The position numbers and the translations under genes are program-made. From NCBI GenBank assembly GCA_036960605.1, contig JBALXI010000011.1:5869-69868 (forward strand): DNA of 64,000 nucleotides, written 5' to 3'. This stretch comes from Oleispira sp. Its GTDB lineage: Bacteria > Pseudomonadota > Gammaproteobacteria > Pseudomonadales > Oceanobacteraceae. The notes beneath the pieces were generated by a model. That model did no database searches. It had not been told where the DNA came from and was given only the letters and a program-made list of their open reading frames with translations. Shown in pieces: positions 8,048-18,000 of this stretch (positions are counted from its first letter, which is position 1; every line of letters begins with the position of its first letter).

Positions 8048-10405
8048 ATGTTACGCCGCAGTTTCCTTCTATTTTTAGTACTTTTTATCAGCTTGCCTTC
8101 TTTGGCACGCCAGTCTTGTGAATGGCCTTTTCGCACTCAAATAAATGTACAAGAGAATTCACCTTCAGGCAGCCAGCTAACCAACTACCAAGTTAAATTT
8201 GAAATAGACGCTGCTGATCTCAGCTCAGATTATAGCTGGAGCAATAATGGTCAAGATTTATATATCTACGATACTGATGATCAAACCGAGTTAGAATTTT
8301 GGATTGATAGCTGGAATGGCAGTACACAAAAAGCCACTATATGGGTACGCTTTCCTACGCTAGCAATCGGCCAAATAAGAACACTCTATTTTTACTATGG
8401 AAATGGAAATGTCCCAGCGGCAGGAGATGTTCCCTTTACCTTTACGTACCCTGGCATAAAATTTCACACTCGATTTTCTAATGTCAATCCAAATAATTTA
8501 GTTCAAGCACGAGCGGCTTTTGATGCTTCTAACGACCAACAAACTGGGTATGGATGTGGCTTTGTCACGAATTTTAATGGTATTTCCAACCACGCTGAAT
8601 ATGGCAGCCGTAAAAACTTTGGGGCCTTTTCTGAAAGCTACTTTCTAGTTAATTCTGATGAAGCAGGTCTATGGGAGTTTCGTTACGGCGCTGACTTTGG
8701 TCGCGGAGGTGGCTTATATGTAGATGGTACAGCTCTGGAGGAACAGTGGGGGGATGATTTATGGTGGGCAAATAACTGGAGTCGATCTGATGAAGTACTG
8801 CAAGGTAGCATTTCCTTAACTAGTGGCTATCACAAGCTCGAAGTCTTAGGCTTTGAAGGTGGTAATGATGGTGGTATTACCGTTCAGTTTAAAAAACCAG
8901 GAGGCGCATGGACTACATTCTCAACCCCAGACAAAATTGAGATGCGTTCCCGCGCTTGTCCTTTAGAACAAGAACCGACCTATACGATAATCAGTCACGA
9001 TATTTGTCGTATTGACCTGGGATTTGACAATACTACTAGCTATCCAACGGCCTGGGTCGCCAATGAATCACGACCTGTTACCTTTGCTATTGAAAATTTA
9101 AGCACTAGCCATCCAAGCTTACCGGAGACCCGAGTCACTATTACACTCGGAGCTGGATTAAGCCTCAGCAGCTCACTAGGCAGCAACTGGAATTGCAGTA
9201 CGATAAGCAGTGGATCTTCTGCAACAGAACTGGATTGTTTATACGGCTTGGCCATCAACCCTAATGGTGCCAGTTCAAATCCAATCACATTAAATATCTC
9301 AGCCACCAATGCTAATTCCAATGCTAACTTCTCTGCCACGGTTTTCAGCAAGCAATTCGAGAATCAGTTAATTAATAACCAAATCGCAACAAACCTTCCT
9401 ATTTGGCAACTTACCGACGATGTAATACCAACCTGCACCGCACCGAATGCTGGAGTCTTTACCCGCATCTATAATAGCCAGGGCTACGGCGTTTATGTTC
9501 AAAACGAACCTGAATTTGATCAATGGGAAAACGATTTAGCCATTCGATCTAAACTTGATGGCCAAACAGTATTAAGTCAAATAAATAATGTTTCAGACAA
9601 TCCATTTCAGCTACGGAATAACGAATATTATCTAACCCTCATTGAGGGCTATATAAAAGTGCCTGAAGATGGGTTCTATCGATTTGGAGTCGATGGCGAT
9701 GATGCCGTAGAGCTAAAAATTAATGATATTGTTTATTCAAGCTGGTACGACGGTCACGGATCTCAAGGTAGTGCTCATGACGAAAACACTTGGGGGCTTT
9801 CCAAGGGCTATCATAAACTCGGCTATCGTATGCAAGAATTTGAGGGAGGAGATTCTTTTTACGCTTACTGGCGCAAGCCTAATGAAAATTCCACGGTGAT
9901 CATTCCACCTTCAGCCTTTTTTCATTGTGCCGGTGAAGCAGATATTCGCTTAAACATGACAGTCAATATGCAAGACAATCCGAACACGGCTAGTACAAAT
10001 GATTTAGCCATTCCTGGTGCAGTTCTACGCTATAACTTGCATGTCACTAATGAAGGCAATTTAAGTACTAACGGCAATAACATGGAGCTAATTCAAACAC
10101 TGTCCAAGGATGCTCAGCTATACGTTAATAACTTATCAGCCAATGGGCCCGTGCTTTTTAGCAATGGCGGCGGTAATAATATAAGTGGCTTAAGTTATAA
10201 CTTCATTAACCTTGGAGACAATAGCGATAACTTAAGTTTCTCCAATAACAATGGCACTAATTACAACTACACACCTACAGCGGATAGCGAAGGTTATGAT
10301 AGTAATGTCACTCATATTAAACTCATATTCACTGGCAGCATGAAGCCTAAGTATAATTCAGGAACACCTGAGTTTAATATTGAGTATCAAATTAAGGTCA
10401 AATAA
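8048..10405 (+). CDS. secreted multidomain protein: DUF2341 (MshQ-like) N-terminus, two PA14/GLEYA-like lectin domains and DUF11-like repeat domains
   Basis: Signal peptide MLRRSFLLFLVLFISLPSLARQ. DUF2341 signature ELEFWIDSWNGSTQKATIWVRFPTL..LYFYYGNGN. PA14-like blocks YHKLEVLGFEGGNDGG and GFYRFGVDGDDAVELKIND...YHKLGYRMQEFEGGDSFYAYW. Confidence 0.65.
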   Translation: MLRRSFLLFLVLFISLPSLARQSCEWPFRTQINVQENSPSGSQLTNYQVKFEIDAADLSSDYSWSNNGQDLYIYDTDDQTELEFWIDSWNGSTQKATIWVRFPTLAIGQIRTLYFYYGNGNVPAAGDVPFTFTYPGIKFHTRFSNVNPNNLVQARAAFDASNDQQTGYGCGFVTNFNGISNHAEYGSRKNFGAFSESYFLVNSDEAGLWEFRYGADFGRGGGLYVDGTALEEQWGDDLWWANNWSRSDEVLQGSISLTSGYHKLEVLGFEGGNDGGITVQFKKPGGAWTTFSTPDKIEMRSRACPLEQEPTYTIISHDICRIDLGFDNTTSYPTAWVANESRPVTFAIENLSTSHPSLPETRVTITLGAGLSLSSSLGSNWNCSTISSGSSATELDCLYGLAINPNGASSNPITLNISATNANSNANFSATVFSKQFENQLINNQIATNLPIWQLTDDVIPTCTAPNAGVFTRIYNSQGYGVYVQNEPEFDQWENDLAIRSKLDGQTVLSQINNVSDNPFQLRNNEYYLTLIEGYIKVPEDGFYRFGVDGDDAVELKINDIVYSSWYDGHGSQGSAHDENTWGLSKGYHKLGYRMQEFEGGDSFYAYWRKPNENSTVIIPPSAFFHCAGEADIRLNMTVNMQDNPNTASTNDLAIPGAVLRYNLHVTNEGNLSTNGNNMELIQTLSKDAQLYVNNLSANGPVLFSNGGGNNISGLSYNFINLGDNSDNLSFSNNNGTNYNYTPTADSEGYDSNVTHIKLIFTGSMKPKYNSGTPEFNIEYQIKVK

Positions 10406-10576
10406 AAAGTGCCTATATTAATTAGAGACTATTACAGCCGAAAAAGATAAGAAATGGCGGTATAAGAATCGTATTTTATCGTACAGTGGCTTAGGTTTTG
10501 AAGAATGCTTAAGTAAGTGCTTCATGGATAAACATAATAATTACCGCGATAGAATATCTAGCCTATTTTTAAGCCA

Positions 10577-10600
10577 TAATTAAAAGCGGCTATTGCCGCT
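10577..10600 (-). terminator. rho-independent terminator of trpB
   Basis: Minus strand reads AGCGGC-AATA-GCCGCT followed by TTTTAATTAT. Confidence 0.6.
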
Positions 10601-10631
10601 CTTAATTAAAATATTATAAAATCAGATCCAA

Positions 10632-11828
10632 CTATAGCCCCAATTTATCCGCCACAAAATCGGCATCTTTATCACCACGACCCGACAAGTTCACCAAGAT
10701 AGTTTGATCTGCTAATAGCGTTTTCGCATGCTTCATTGCATACGCAACCGCATGAGCACTCTCTAACGCAGGAATGATTCCTTCTTTACGCGAAAGCACC
10801 ATGAAAGCATCCAAACATTCATCATCATCAATGGCTTCGTAGCGCACTCGCGCAATATCTTTCAAATGACAATGCTGTGGGCCCACCCCCGGATAATCTA
10901 ACCCCGACGCAATAGAATAAACAGGTAATGGCTCGCCTTGGTCATCTTGCAGTGTTAAACATTCGAAACCATGAATAGCGCCTTTTGTACCTAGCGACAT
11001 TGTTGCCGCATGAAAAGGGGTATCTAACCCCTTACCTGCAGGTTCGATACCGATAAGCTCGACTTCTTTATCATCTAGAAATGCGGTAAATATCCCCATC
11101 GCATTAGAACCACCACCGACACAGGCCATTATCTTATTCGGCAAGCTACCGGTTTGTTGCTGAAATTGCTGGCGTGCTTCAGTGCCAATGATACTTTGGA
11201 AATCACGCACCATTTTTGGAAAGGGATGCGGCCCTACGACAGAACCGATTGCATAAAAGAAGTTTACTGGATCAAGCAGGTACTCATCAAAAGCACTATC
11301 AACAGCGTCTTTTAATGTCTTAGTGCCGCGGCTGACAGGAACAAGCTTGCAGCCTAATATTTTCATTTTTACAACATTAGGATGTTCTTTAGCAATATCG
11401 ATTTCACCCATGTGAATTTCACAGGGAATACCGACTAAAGCACAAGCACTGGCCAAGGCAACGCCGTGTTGACCTGCGCCGGTTTCAGCCAAAACTTTAG
11501 TTTTACCCATGTACTTGGCTAATAAGGCTTCACCCAGGCAATGATTGATTTTATGGGCACCGGTATGGTTTAAATCTTCACGTTTTAAATAAATCTGCGC
11601 GCCACCCGCATATTCTGTTAATCGTTTGGCGTGAAAGATGGGACTGGGTCGACCAACATATTTTGCATACAGCTCAGCCAGCTCTAGTTGAAATTCTTTG
11701 GTATGACGAATTTCTTCATAAGCGCTATCAATTTCGTTCATGATGGTTTGTAATTCTGGTGGCACGATCTGGCCACCATATTCACCGAAGTAGCCTTTAT
11801 TGTCGGGCATATTGTCGGTTAAAGACAT
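10632..11828 (-). CDS. trpB: tryptophan synthase beta chain (TrpB1-type), no adjacent trpA
   Basis: Colinear with E. coli TrpB: [23 protein letters not shown] (PLP lysine), [24 protein letters not shown]. Confidence 0.9.
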   Translation of the reverse strand: MSLTDNMPDNKGYFGEYGGQIVPPELQTIMNEIDSAYEEIRHTKEFQLELAELYAKYVGRPSPIFHAKRLTEYAGGAQIYLKREDLNHTGAHKINHCLGEALLAKYMGKTKVLAETGAGQHGVALASACALVGIPCEIHMGEIDIAKEHPNVVKMKILGCKLVPVSRGTKTLKDAVDSAFDEYLLDPVNFFYAIGSVVGPHPFPKMVRDFQSIIGTEARQQFQQQTGSLPNKIMACVGGGSNAMGIFTAFLDDKEVELIGIEPAGKGLDTPFHAATMSLGTKGAIHGFECLTLQDDQGEPLPVYSIASGLDYPGVGPQHCHLKDIARVRYEAIDDDECLDAFMVLSRKEGIIPALESAHAVAYAMKHAKTLLADQTILVNLSGRGDKDADFVADKLGL

Positions 11829-11955
11829 AGAAATCTCCTAGAGCTGAATAATTATTATACTGTGGTAAGACAGGCTAATACTTTAGCAAAGCTGGCAATT
11901 GAGCTCTAGTGGATAATTCTATTATTTAGCAGGGTTTTCATGAGATAAATCAGAT

Positions 11956-12576
11956 TTATGACTCATTCCATTCGCGAACAAGCTCAGCCAGTAAATGCGC
12001 TTGGTTAAATAATGCTTCTAACTCTTCCATGCCGCCTTTTTGGCCGGTGAAAAGGGGAACTTTATATAAACGAGGCACTAAAGCATGCTCAGGGTTGTCA
12101 ATTTTATTGCGTTCTAACGTCCAGCGAAGATTACTCGCAACCATTCGATAAAAAGTGAGTTTTGTTTCTAAACTGAATAAATTGAAATCAGTGATGTCAC
12201 TAAAATGTTTGAAATCAATACCTGCCAGTAATGCTTGGCGGCCATCAGCCTTAATTGACGCTGAGCGAGGCTGGGTGAGTAACATAGACATCACACCAAA
12301 TACTTCACCGGCATTAATTTGATTGAGGGTATTTTCTTTGCCATCGTCTTCGACAAATACCGATAGTTGGCCACGCAGGAGAAAATACAGGCTATTAGTA
12401 TAATCGCCCTTGTTAATAAATATTTCATTGGGCTCTGCTGTCACTATTTGAGCAACACTCATTAGCACTTCAAACTGAGACTCATCGTGACTAATAAGCT
12501 CTTTAAAGAAGGTCACACCATTTAAAATACGCTGTAGTGAATCTAGCGGATATTCTTCTTTCGTTACGCGTTGCAT
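11956..12576 (-). CDS. cyclic-nucleotide-binding domain protein without a recognisable DNA-binding domain
   Basis: 206 aa with a cNMP-binding beta-barrel pattern (INKGDYTNSLYFLLRGQLSVFV...GEVFGVMSMLLTQPRSASIKA). The C-terminal region is not HTH-like. Confidence 0.7.
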   Translation of the reverse strand: MQRVTKEEYPLDSLQRILNGVTFFKELISHDESQFEVLMSVAQIVTAEPNEIFINKGDYTNSLYFLLRGQLSVFVEDDGKENTLNQINAGEVFGVMSMLLTQPRSASIKADGRQALLAGIDFKHFSDITDFNLFSLETKLTFYRMVASNLRWTLERNKIDNPEHALVPRLYKVPLFTGQKGGMEELEALFNQAHLLAELVREWNES

Positions 12577-12704
12577 GCATCCTGCCTATATACTGAACTA
12601 TTATAAAGCTGACAAATTATGTATTAAATATAGCATGCTTTCATCCTGACATTCCCCTGCCAATCTCAGCTTTTATACTTAGCATCAAAAAATGCTGCTA
12701 AGCG

Positions 12705-13616
12705 CTATAAATATTGATACAGATAAACTTTTAATCCCTTGCCCTGCTGAGCTTCTTTAAAGACCTCAGGATTCTCAATCTTGCCTAGCATTTTACAATC
12801 AGGACAATGTTCAGCTACCTGCTGTTTTAAAAATTCATCATCTAAATTAGGAGAATTTAGGCATAACATAAGTATCCCACCCGGTTTTACCAGCTGAGGA
12901 ATACGACTGATTATTTTGTGATAATCACGCTGTATATCGACACTGCCTTTCTGAAAACTCGGTGGATCAGAAATCAACAAATCATAAGGGGCGTATTTTT
13001 TAATACGACTCCAAGACTTAAAAATATCGATGCCTTGAAAAATCACCTTGGTCATATCGTGATCATTTAAGCGATGGTTATCACGCCCCGTGGATAGAGC
13101 ACCCTTCGCCATATCAATATTCACGATACGCTGCGCGCCACCGGCTAATGCAGCAACGGAGAAGCCACAGGTGTAGGAAAATAGATTCAGTACATTTTTG
13201 CCTAGGCTATTGTCTTTCACCCAAGAGCGACCATTGGCGATATCTAAAAATAAACCGGTGTTTTGTGCACGTCCTAAACTGATGTGATATTTAAGGCCAT
13301 TCTCAACCGCCACCAGTTTACTCAAAGGTTCGCCATCAATCAGCTCACCTTTCATTTGCTCAAACGGAGCACGAGGACGACAACGATATTGCACCTGCAG
13401 GTTTTCACATTCAGGCAATAAAACGGCGAGCTCCGAACAAAGCGTTTCTAACCAATCTCGTTCTACTTCAGCGTACAAGGTGATAATAATCGCTGGGGCA
13501 ACCCAGTCGATATTGACGTGCTCTAATTCCGGATACGCGTGACCACGGCCATGAAATAATCGTTGAGTTTCAATCAGATCAGCTGGCTTTGTTATAAAAT
13601 CAATAGGATTGCTCAT
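12705..13616 (-). CDS. class I SAM-dependent methyltransferase (RlmI/RlmK-like catalytic domain, no PUA domain)
   Basis: Motifs VLNLFSYTCGFSVAA and LISDPPSF, plus a Rossmann-type layout. Confidence 0.65.
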   Translation of the reverse strand: MSNPIDFITKPADLIETQRLFHGRGHAYPELEHVNIDWVAPAIIITLYAEVERDWLETLCSELAVLLPECENLQVQYRCRPRAPFEQMKGELIDGEPLSKLVAVENGLKYHISLGRAQNTGLFLDIANGRSWVKDNSLGKNVLNLFSYTCGFSVAALAGGAQRIVNIDMAKGALSTGRDNHRLNDHDMTKVIFQGIDIFKSWSRIKKYAPYDLLISDPPSFQKGSVDIQRDYHKIISRIPQLVKPGGILMLCLNSPNLDDEFLKQQVAEHCPDCKMLGKIENPEVFKEAQQGKGLKVYLYQYL

Positions 13617-14320
13617 GCTTTACCTCCCAAAGGCTTGATATCAGCGGGCAGGATTCGGCTATAACCCAGTATCCAATACGATAAGAAGCGATAGCTGAAA
13701 TAACATAAGTAACCGGCAAAGATCAGATCACTGGCAAAGTGACCGCCCTGCAATAAACGACCAAAACTCACCACAAACCCCATTGCTAAACCGGCATAGA
13801 ACCAGCTGCGGCGGCGGAATACCCAAGCAAAGACCATCAGATAAAAGCCCATGGCCGCATGTCCACTGACAAAGGACTTATTATTACCGGGTTGATCGGC
13901 AATCATCGCGGCGGGGATAAAAGCAGGGATAAAGTCCTTTTGCCCGCCAAATTCTTCTACCGAGCGTGGACGGGGTCTATCCCAGTTCTCTTTCACCACC
14001 AAATGCACCAAAATGCCGGGGCCAATCAATAAGGCTAAAATCAGAAATACCCAAGGCTTACGCTGATCAGTGCCTAAACCAAAGCGGCCTTTGACGAAGC
14101 TCAAGGCTGTTATAATCATTAATAAAGGTAATAAGAACTTGGGCGCATGGCGAAATAGCTCATACACCGATAGCACAACGGCATTATTACGATAAATAAA
14201 GCCCTGCTCTGGGTTGTAGAAAAGCCCGCTAATCCACAGGTCAATTTCTGGCCAAATCAGAAAAATAGCGGCCAATACGACGAAAATCACTACGTCTATC
14301 TGGTTTTTTAACCCTGTCAT
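13613..14320 (-). CDS. PAP2-family membrane phosphatase
   Basis: About six hydrophobic segments. PAP2 motifs KENWDRPRP, SGH, and GRLLQGGHFASD. Its stop overlaps the methyltransferase start (ATGA). Confidence 0.8.
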   Translation of the reverse strand: MTGLKNQIDVVIFVVLAAIFLIWPEIDLWISGLFYNPEQGFIYRNNAVVLSVYELFRHAPKFLLPLLMIITALSFVKGRFGLGTDQRKPWVFLILALLIGPGILVHLVVKENWDRPRPRSVEEFGGQKDFIPAFIPAAMIADQPGNNKSFVSGHAAMGFYLMVFAWVFRRRSWFYAGLAMGFVVSFGRLLQGGHFASDLIFAGYLCYFSYRFLSYWILGYSRILPADIKPLGGKA

Positions 14321-14493
14321 AATTGTCTATTACCTATCACTACCATCTAAAATACGGTGTATACATTAATAGCCGCCATCATGCTTGAGACACCGATAAA
14401 CAGCAATACAGAGATAAGTAAAAAAGAGTATAATGCGTGCAATTCTTAACTCTTATTTTATTCCTTACCTTATTTTTAAATGGAACCCTCCTT

Positions 14494-14940
14494 ATGCGCA
14501 TTTGTGCCGTTGAATTGAAAGGCGATGACGCCATCTTCTGCATCATGTCTAAAAACATGGGCTTATTAGACATTCCTGAAGTCCGTCAACGTAAAATCAC
14601 TATCACCAATACTCAAGATACTGAAAACATGCGTTGGTTCCAGCGTCAGATTCTACAACTAGTCACCGATTACAAAGTCGAAAAGGTTGTGATTCGTGAA
14701 CGCCCAATGAAAGGTAAGTTCGCAGGCGGTGCAGTTGGCTTCAAACTAGAAGCAGCGATTCAACTGACTGAAGGCATTAATGTTGAACTGGTAACGGGTG
14801 CCCGCATTAAAGAACAACTAAAGCACACACCAATTTTGATGGAATATAAGCAGACTAAATTGAAGCAGTTCCAAGAGCCTGCTTTTATTACAGCTTATGC
14901 TTGCTTGCACATGCAAGATGGCTTGTACGGCGCAGGTTAG
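14494..14940 (+). CDS. conserved hypothetical protein (DUF3010-like)
   Basis: Start taken at ATG 14494 (MRICAVELKGDD..). The upstream 19 codons in the ORF track are Leu/Phe-rich promoter read-through. The family name is from memory only. Confidence 0.5.
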   Translation: MRICAVELKGDDAIFCIMSKNMGLLDIPEVRQRKITITNTQDTENMRWFQRQILQLVTDYKVEKVVIRERPMKGKFAGGAVGFKLEAAIQLTEGINVELVTGARIKEQLKHTPILMEYKQTKLKQFQEPAFITAYACLHMQDGLYGAG

Positions 14941-15096
14941 CTAATACGTTAGATCAAAAAGCGACTCATTTCCGCAGTCGCTTTACCCTCCCCCAATACC
15001 CAATTAACAAAACTCTCCGCATAGACACCCTGCAATACCTTTACTACGCTTCAAACTGAGCATTGTCTCAATGATAACGTACGGATATAGAAAGGC

Positions 15097-18000
15097 ATGG
15101 GCAAGAGCATCCCTGAAAGTCACAACACACCAACCATACGCTACTCTCTTAGCCGCACACTAATACTGTGGTTTATGTTATTAGCGCTACTGCCTATGTT
15201 ACTCGTCTCTTGGATCAGCTATCAACAGGCTCATAGTCGCCTCGTATTAAATGTTCACGAAAAACTAGAACAGTCTGCTGCCACCAATGTTGCCTTCATA
15301 AACAATTGGTTCTCCCAACGCCTCATGGATCTCACGGTTCAAGCTAAAGATCAGAAAAATATCGACCTTTTGATGTCACTTAAAAGTGGCCTAAACCATA
15401 GCGGCTTAAAACCAAAGGCCTATATTAAAAGCTCAGACTGGGCCAATAATGTAGAGCGCGCCCACTCAAACCTGACTACAGCACTAAGCATATACGACTA
15501 CATATACGATCTATTTTTAATCGATCTCGAAGGAAACATTCTCTACAGTCTGAGCGAAGAATCTGATTTAGGAAGCAATCTATTCAGCGGTACACTGGCA
15601 GATACACTTTTTGCTAAAAGTGCTCAATACAGTCTAAAAACTGGCAATGCCAGTTTCTCTGATATAGAGCGCTACGCACCTTCAAGCAATCGTTTAACAG
15701 GTTTTATGACGACTCCCTTATTAGATGATAAGGGAATGAAGGTCGGTATTTTTGCCATTCAAATGCGCCTTGACAGCATTTTTCAGAAAACCCATGATTT
15801 TGACCCTATTAGTCACACCTCCGATAGCCTTAAACACTACCTTATAGGGACCGATAATCTTTTACGCTCTTCAATTAACAACCGGTACGACGATGTATTA
15901 ATAAAATCGATCGATACCGAACAATCACACCTTTGGCAATCACAGCGTACGGCAATGGTGCCGTCCACGAATAAAAGCCAGCCATCTTTCGACTATTTAG
16001 GTCCTAATAAAAACATGGTTATTGGATTACACCGAACCCTAGAAATCCCTGGTGAGAACAGCTGGGCTCTGATTAGCGAGATCGATCGTGATGAGGCGTT
16101 AATAGAAGCCAATTGGTTAGGTACAGTGACCCTATCACTCGTCTTATTGACCGGTTTCATTGCCGCCGCATTAGCCGTCTATTTAGCCCGCCGCATTACT
16201 CGCCCAATCATTCGCTTAGCCGAAGCCAGCATGCTAGTAGCTGAAGGGAAAATGGATTTACGAGTAGAGTTGGACTTGAACAATGAGATAGGACAGCTCG
16301 CCGAATCTTTTAATCATATGATCGTTATGCGCCAAAGCCACGACCTATTATTAAAAAAACGTGAGAATGAGACGAATCGGGCTTTAAAAGAGCTGAGTGA
16401 ACAGCAATTTGCGCTGGACCAGCACTCCATTGTTGCCATAACTGACCTCAAGGGCAGCATAACATTTGTAAATGAACGCTTCTGTGCAATCAGTGGTTAT
16501 TCAGAAGACGAACTGCTAGGTCAAAATCACCGTATCCTCAATTCTGGAAAACAAAAAAAATCGTTTTGGGTCAACATGTTTCGCACAATTTCTAGCGGTC
16601 ATGTATTCCACGGCGAAATATGTAATAAAGCCAAAGATGGCCGCGAGTATTGGGTTGAAACCACTATCGTGCCCTTTTTTGGCGACGATAAGGCATCAAG
16701 TCGCTATATCGCGATACGTACAGACATCACCAAAACCAAGAAAATTGAGTTATCCCTTAAAGAAGCCAAAGAATCTGCCGAAGCTGGAAGTCTAGCGAAG
16801 AGCGAATTTTTAGCCAACATGAGTCATGAAATACGAACGCCGATGAACGGTGTGATCGGTATGACCAATTTATTATTGGGTACGCCCTTAAACGAGACCC
16901 AGCATACCTTTGCTAAAACAGTAAAAAATAGCGCTGAATCTCTATTATCCATTATTAACGACATACTCGATTTTTCCAAAGTCGAAGCTGGCATGCTAGA
17001 AATTGAAATTCTCGAATTTGATATGAGCCAAGTAATGAATGACTTTGGCCGCACCATTGCTTTTCGTGCTCATGAAAAAGGAATCGAGCTTATTTGCCCA
17101 GCAGAACCGCTGCCACAGCAATGGTTTAATGCCGACCCTGGACGCATTAGACAAATCCTCAACAATCTAGTCGGCAATGCGATTAAGTTTACCAATACAG
17201 GCGAAGTGGCGGTGCATTACCATGTACTGAAACAGTCTCCATTACGTACCCAATTACTGTTCGAAGTCATTGATACCGGTATAGGCTTAAGTAACGATGA
17301 GCAACAGGGATTGTTTGAACGCTTCAATCAAGCGGATGGGTCGACGACCCGAAAGCATGGTGGCACAGGATTAGGCCTGGCCATTAGCAAGCAGTTAGTC
17401 GAGCTCATGGGCGGTGAAATAGGAGTAAAGAGTATCGCAGGAGAAGGCTCTACCTTTTGGTTTACGCTTGACCTTGCCAATACTCAATCCAAATCATCCA
17501 CATCTCCAGCCCGCGACTTACACGGGCAGAAAATTCTCGTAGTCGACGATAATTTAACCAATCGCATGTTACTTGATCAGTTACTGACAAATTGGCAGGT
17601 GGAACATATTTCAGTTGAAAGTGCTTCCGCAGCACTTAATGTTTTATCAGCAGCAGCGAAAGAAGGGCAACCTTATGACATTGCTATCGTTGACATGCAA
17701 ATGCCTGAAATGGATGGCGTTCAGCTAGGTGCATTAATTAAAGAAGACCCCATTTTAGCCGACACTCATCTGATTATGCTGACCTCTCAGGGCAGTCGCG
17801 GCGATGCAGAAAAATTCAGTCAAGCAGGGTTTGATGGCTACCTAAATAAGCCCGTTGATCAGTCGGCTTTATACAATACTTTATTGAGAGTTTCAGGCAT
17901 TTCGAGCCCTAATCAATCCGTTATTACCTCTTATAATGCGCATCAACAAGTGCAGTTTAATGCCCGTATATTAGTCGTTGAAGATAATGTAACGAATCAG

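Noticed and set aside
16553-16560. A8 homopolymer inside the hybrid kinase gene as a possible phase-variation tract
   Set aside because: It encodes KQKK in frame in an intact 1215-aa ORF. Eight As is short for slipped-strand switching, and such runs are common in AT-rich genomes.
16824-17057. Three minus-strand ORFs (16824..17057, 21505..21720, 62286..62486) share the peptide ..PITPFMGVRISWLILAKN.. and so could look like a conserved small protein family
   Set aside because: Each lies exactly antisense to the conserved H-box region (FLANMSHEIRTPMNG) of one of the three histidine kinases. The similarity is a by-product of sense-strand conservation.
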